Source: a virus (lineage: Duplodnaviria > Caudoviricetes). Taken from it: a stretch of DNA of 39,442 nucleotides. The position numbers and the translations under genes are program-made. The notes beneath the pieces were generated by a model that had not been told where the DNA came from, did no database searches, and saw only the letters and a program-made list of their open reading frames with translations. Location: IMG/VR virus record IMGVR_UViG_3300042874_000072, positions 1 to 39,442 of that record. One strand, written 5' to 3'. Below are positions 37,353 through 39,442 of this stretch, one piece after another. Every line of letters begins with the position of its first letter. Positions within the stretch are counted from its first letter, which is position 1.

Positions 37353-37378
37353 AAAATGTAAATTATTTACATTTCTGG
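37353..37378 (+). repeat. dispersed palindromic site, copy 8
   Basis: TAAG-GGC-AAAATGTA-AATTATT-TACATTTCTGG. Confidence 0.92.
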
Positions 37379-37816
37379 TGTTTCCTCCAAAGCTAGTTCT
37401 TTTTTAATTTTTTCAATTTCTGAAATGGCCTTTTCCTCAGACCAGTTTTCAATTCCTTCCAAGATGTCCATTGTAGTAAATCCCTCTTGTAACATGCCCT
37501 TAATCATGCTTCTGTTTACCGCGTCAGTTACCATGTCATTTTCAAAGTCTGATAACGCCGGGGCATTTATTATAGCCATGTCGTACTTTCCAACCTTTGC
37601 AACGGTGACATAAAATTCTCCGGTTACACTTGTCCAGCGTTTTATTACGATACTTTTACTAGTTCCCTCTTTCATTCTGCAGTTTCCTGCTCCTGCTGCT
37701 GCGTTGATAGCATCTTTTATTGTCGTGTACTTAAAGTCTGCTTTTTGGCCTATTTCCAGCATTGTAGCATACCTGTACAGCCCTGCACCTTTTAAGTTTG
37801 TTTCTTGCATAGTCAT
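37367..37816 (-). CDS. hypothetical early protein
   Basis: 149-aa ORF after a promoter; stop codon lies within the dispersed palindrome. Confidence 0.65.
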   Translation of the reverse strand: MTMQETNLKGAGLYRYATMLEIGQKADFKYTTIKDAINAAAGAGNCRMKEGTSKSIVIKRWTSVTGEFYVTVAKVGKYDMAIINAPALSDFENDMVTDAVNRSMIKGMLQEGFTTMDILEGIENWSEEKAISEIEKIKKELALEETPEM

Positions 37817-37865
37817 TTCCTTTCATTGTCCCAGTGCTAAACCGGGGTAATTTTGTTGTGAATTG

Positions 37866-37894
37866 ACTATGGCATGGTTTGTGGTAGTTGTCAA
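37866..37894 (-). promoter_or_regulatory. sigma70-type early promoter
   Basis: TTGACA-17 bp-CATAGT with extended TG; shares ATTGACAACT with the 30.4-kb promoter. Confidence 0.6.
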
Positions 37895-37973
37895 TAGTTT
37901 GTTTATAGTTATACATTTATTCATTCATCCATTCATTCATTTATCCATCAATCTAGCTCTAGTTCCTCAATCA

Positions 37974-38033
37974 ACCATTTACATTTTCATCTTACCATTT
38001 ACATCATCATCTTGTTTGTTACATAATCATCTT
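37974..38033. repeat. three tandem 20-bp iteron-like repeats
   Basis: ACCATTTACATTTTCATCTT / ACCATTTACATCATCATCTT / GTTTGTTACATAATCATCTT. Confidence 0.8.
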
Positions 38034-38050
38034 GGCATTTTGTAGGGTCT

Positions 38051-38114
<64 letters not shown>

Positions 38115-38126
38115 AAGAAAGACAAA

Positions 38127-38153
38127 ACACTTGGAAAGAGACACTTGGAAAGA
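38127..38153. repeat. 13-bp tandem repeat x2
   Basis: ACACTTGGAAAGA at 38127 and 38141. Confidence 0.85.
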
Positions 38154-38271
38154 CTAAGTACAAAATGTCAACACCGCGGACGGGAACTAGACCTAGATTG
38201 ATGGATTAATGTATAGATTTACAACTATAAATGACCATTTTCCCAGTTTCTCAATTTTAGAATCTTACATC

Positions 38272-38841
38272 AAACCTGAGCTTTATTATCCCTTTCAGTT
38301 CCCTTTGTCCTATCAAAAACTTTAACTTTTGAACAATCCCAGTTGTTTCAACAGCGCCATAGCTTGTTCTTGTGTAACGCCTTCTGGCAGTTCGACACCA
38401 CCAAGTTTTACGGCATCAACTCTCTCCACTTTCCCATTTCCAGATCTTTTACCAGCATTCCATTTTCCAACTACCAGTCGGCTGTTTAAGTCAGCCAACC
38501 ATGTAACAGCTTCAGAAACAGTTGTGACATCTTTTTCTTCTGTCGTGCATGCCAGTTCATCGCCGAACTTTTGACTCAGGCCATGCAACAGTGCCTGTGT
38601 TTGTATTGCATCTGAAAAGTCGTCGGCCGAGATAGTGAAGGTTTCAATGATTCTGCCAGTTTCCGTCTTTTCACCCTTCACCTTTGACAATACTTCCACA
38701 AAGTCAATGGTGATTGTTTGGGCTTCTACGTTAACAGTTTTACTGATTTTCACGTTTGAAAGTTTCATGGTTCTTTTCTCCCTTTTGGTTGAGGTTTTAT
38801 TGCCATACCAAAACCTGAAAGGGATAACAAAGCTCAGGTTT
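38272..38841. repeat. 27-bp inverted repeat pair enclosing gene 38322..38768
   Basis: 38272-38298 AAACCTGAGCTTTATTATCCCTTTCAG vs reverse complement of 38815-38841 (26/27 identical). Confidence 0.9.
38322..38768 (-). CDS. first early gene, paralog of 29786..30184
   Basis: HGLSQKFGD...GKW...ALLKQLG; GGGAG RBS. Confidence 0.75.
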   Translation of the reverse strand: MKLSNVKISKTVNVEAQTITIDFVEVLSKVKGEKTETGRIIETFTISADDFSDAIQTQALLHGLSQKFGDELACTTEEKDVTTVSEAVTWLADLNSRLVVGKWNAGKRSGNGKVERVDAVKLGGVELPEGVTQEQAMALLKQLGLFKS

Positions 38842-38846
38842 ACTTT

Positions 38847-38865
38847 TATTCAGTTTTCAAAGACC
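38847..38865 (-). promoter_or_regulatory. rrn-type boxA antitermination element
   Basis: GGTCTTTGAAAACTGAATA in the leader of the first early gene. Confidence 0.55.
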
Positions 38866-38981
38866 TGCCGTTTCAATCCTTCGATGCGTCGGTGCCAGCG
38901 GTTTTCACCCTGTACATTTAACCAATGCCAGATTGTCGCGGATTCCAAAGAGCCATTTCTCATTCGTTACAACATACATAT

Positions 38982-39345
38982 TGCAGGCATCATGCCAAAA
39001 CCAGCTGGCGGGGACAAAAAAAAATTTATTCAATAACTCCAACCAGTTACACAACCACCCAACCAACTTGCATGAAGTGTGCCAAAAACAACTTTGACAA
39101 AACTTACCACACTGCTTTGACACAAAACGTCAGCTAATCAAAACTCCAATGATATTGCACACTTACCACTGCCATTTATTGTCACACCCAGTGACAAACA
39201 TTTACACAAAAACCATGCCAGTTCATCACGTCCCTGCATGAACCATGCCAAACAGAACTCCATTAAAACCGAATCCAGCCATGTAACCAAACGCCTGTTG
39301 GCATAGCGTATGCAGTAACTACATCGCCCTGCATGAGTCATGCCA
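38982..39345. promoter_or_regulatory. cluster of sigma54-type -24/-12 elements
   Basis: TGGCA(T/C)-N6-TGCA at 38982(-), 39069(-), 39235(-), 39299(+), 39330(-); near match at 39205(-). Confidence 0.6.
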
Positions 39346-39442
39346 AGTCAGATTTTAATCCGCTCAGACTTCCGCCTTTCACACCTCCACCTCCACCTCA
39401 CCGACGTACCAGACCCCCCCGCCGAGCCCCAACCCCACCCCC

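Noticed and set aside
514-37378. Dispersed palindrome as a CRISPR array, dif site or TyrR/NtcA/NifA box
   Set aside because: Copies are kilobases apart; the sequence does not match dif; its TGT-N9-ACA spacing differs from those factors' consensus
38905-39341. ORFs of 67-72 aa in the terminal region
   Set aside because: No clear RBS; the repeated peptides are a by-product of the TGGCA...TGCA boxes

Overview
Most of a dsDNA tailed-phage genome with podovirus-like architecture. The + strand (1-20.7 kb) carries the virion module: terminase large subunit, an SLT-like muramidase, portal, scaffold, N4-gp56-type major capsid, adaptor/nozzle, tail-associated proteins and three probable ejection proteins. 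A bidirectional terminator follows at ~20.85 kb. The - strand (20.9-38.8 kb) carries replication, nucleotide and early genes: DUF3987-like helicase, UDG-family A polymerase fusion, ParB-methyltransferase fusion, NDT-like and MazG/Nmad-like proteins, SSB, Sak4-like ATPase, PD-(D/E)XK nuclease, ATP-dependent ligase and many small ORFs. I saw no integrase, tRNA, CRISPR array, TerS or holin. The most unusual content is non-coding. (1) Eight co-oriented copies of a ~26-33 bp site, AG-N3-AAAATGTA-N7-TACATTTCT, lie mostly every 3-8 kb, and their 7-bp core occurs in both orientations. (2) Two 61-bp integron attC-like sites lie exactly 600 bp apart. (3) Five or six sigma54-type GG-N10-GC elements cluster near the right end, followed by an rrn-type boxA. 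(4) A 27-bp inverted repeat encloses the first early gene. (5) An origin-like region has 20-bp iterons, nested inverted repeats and a 59-nt poly-T. All family assignments come from motif recognition by eye, not from database searches.
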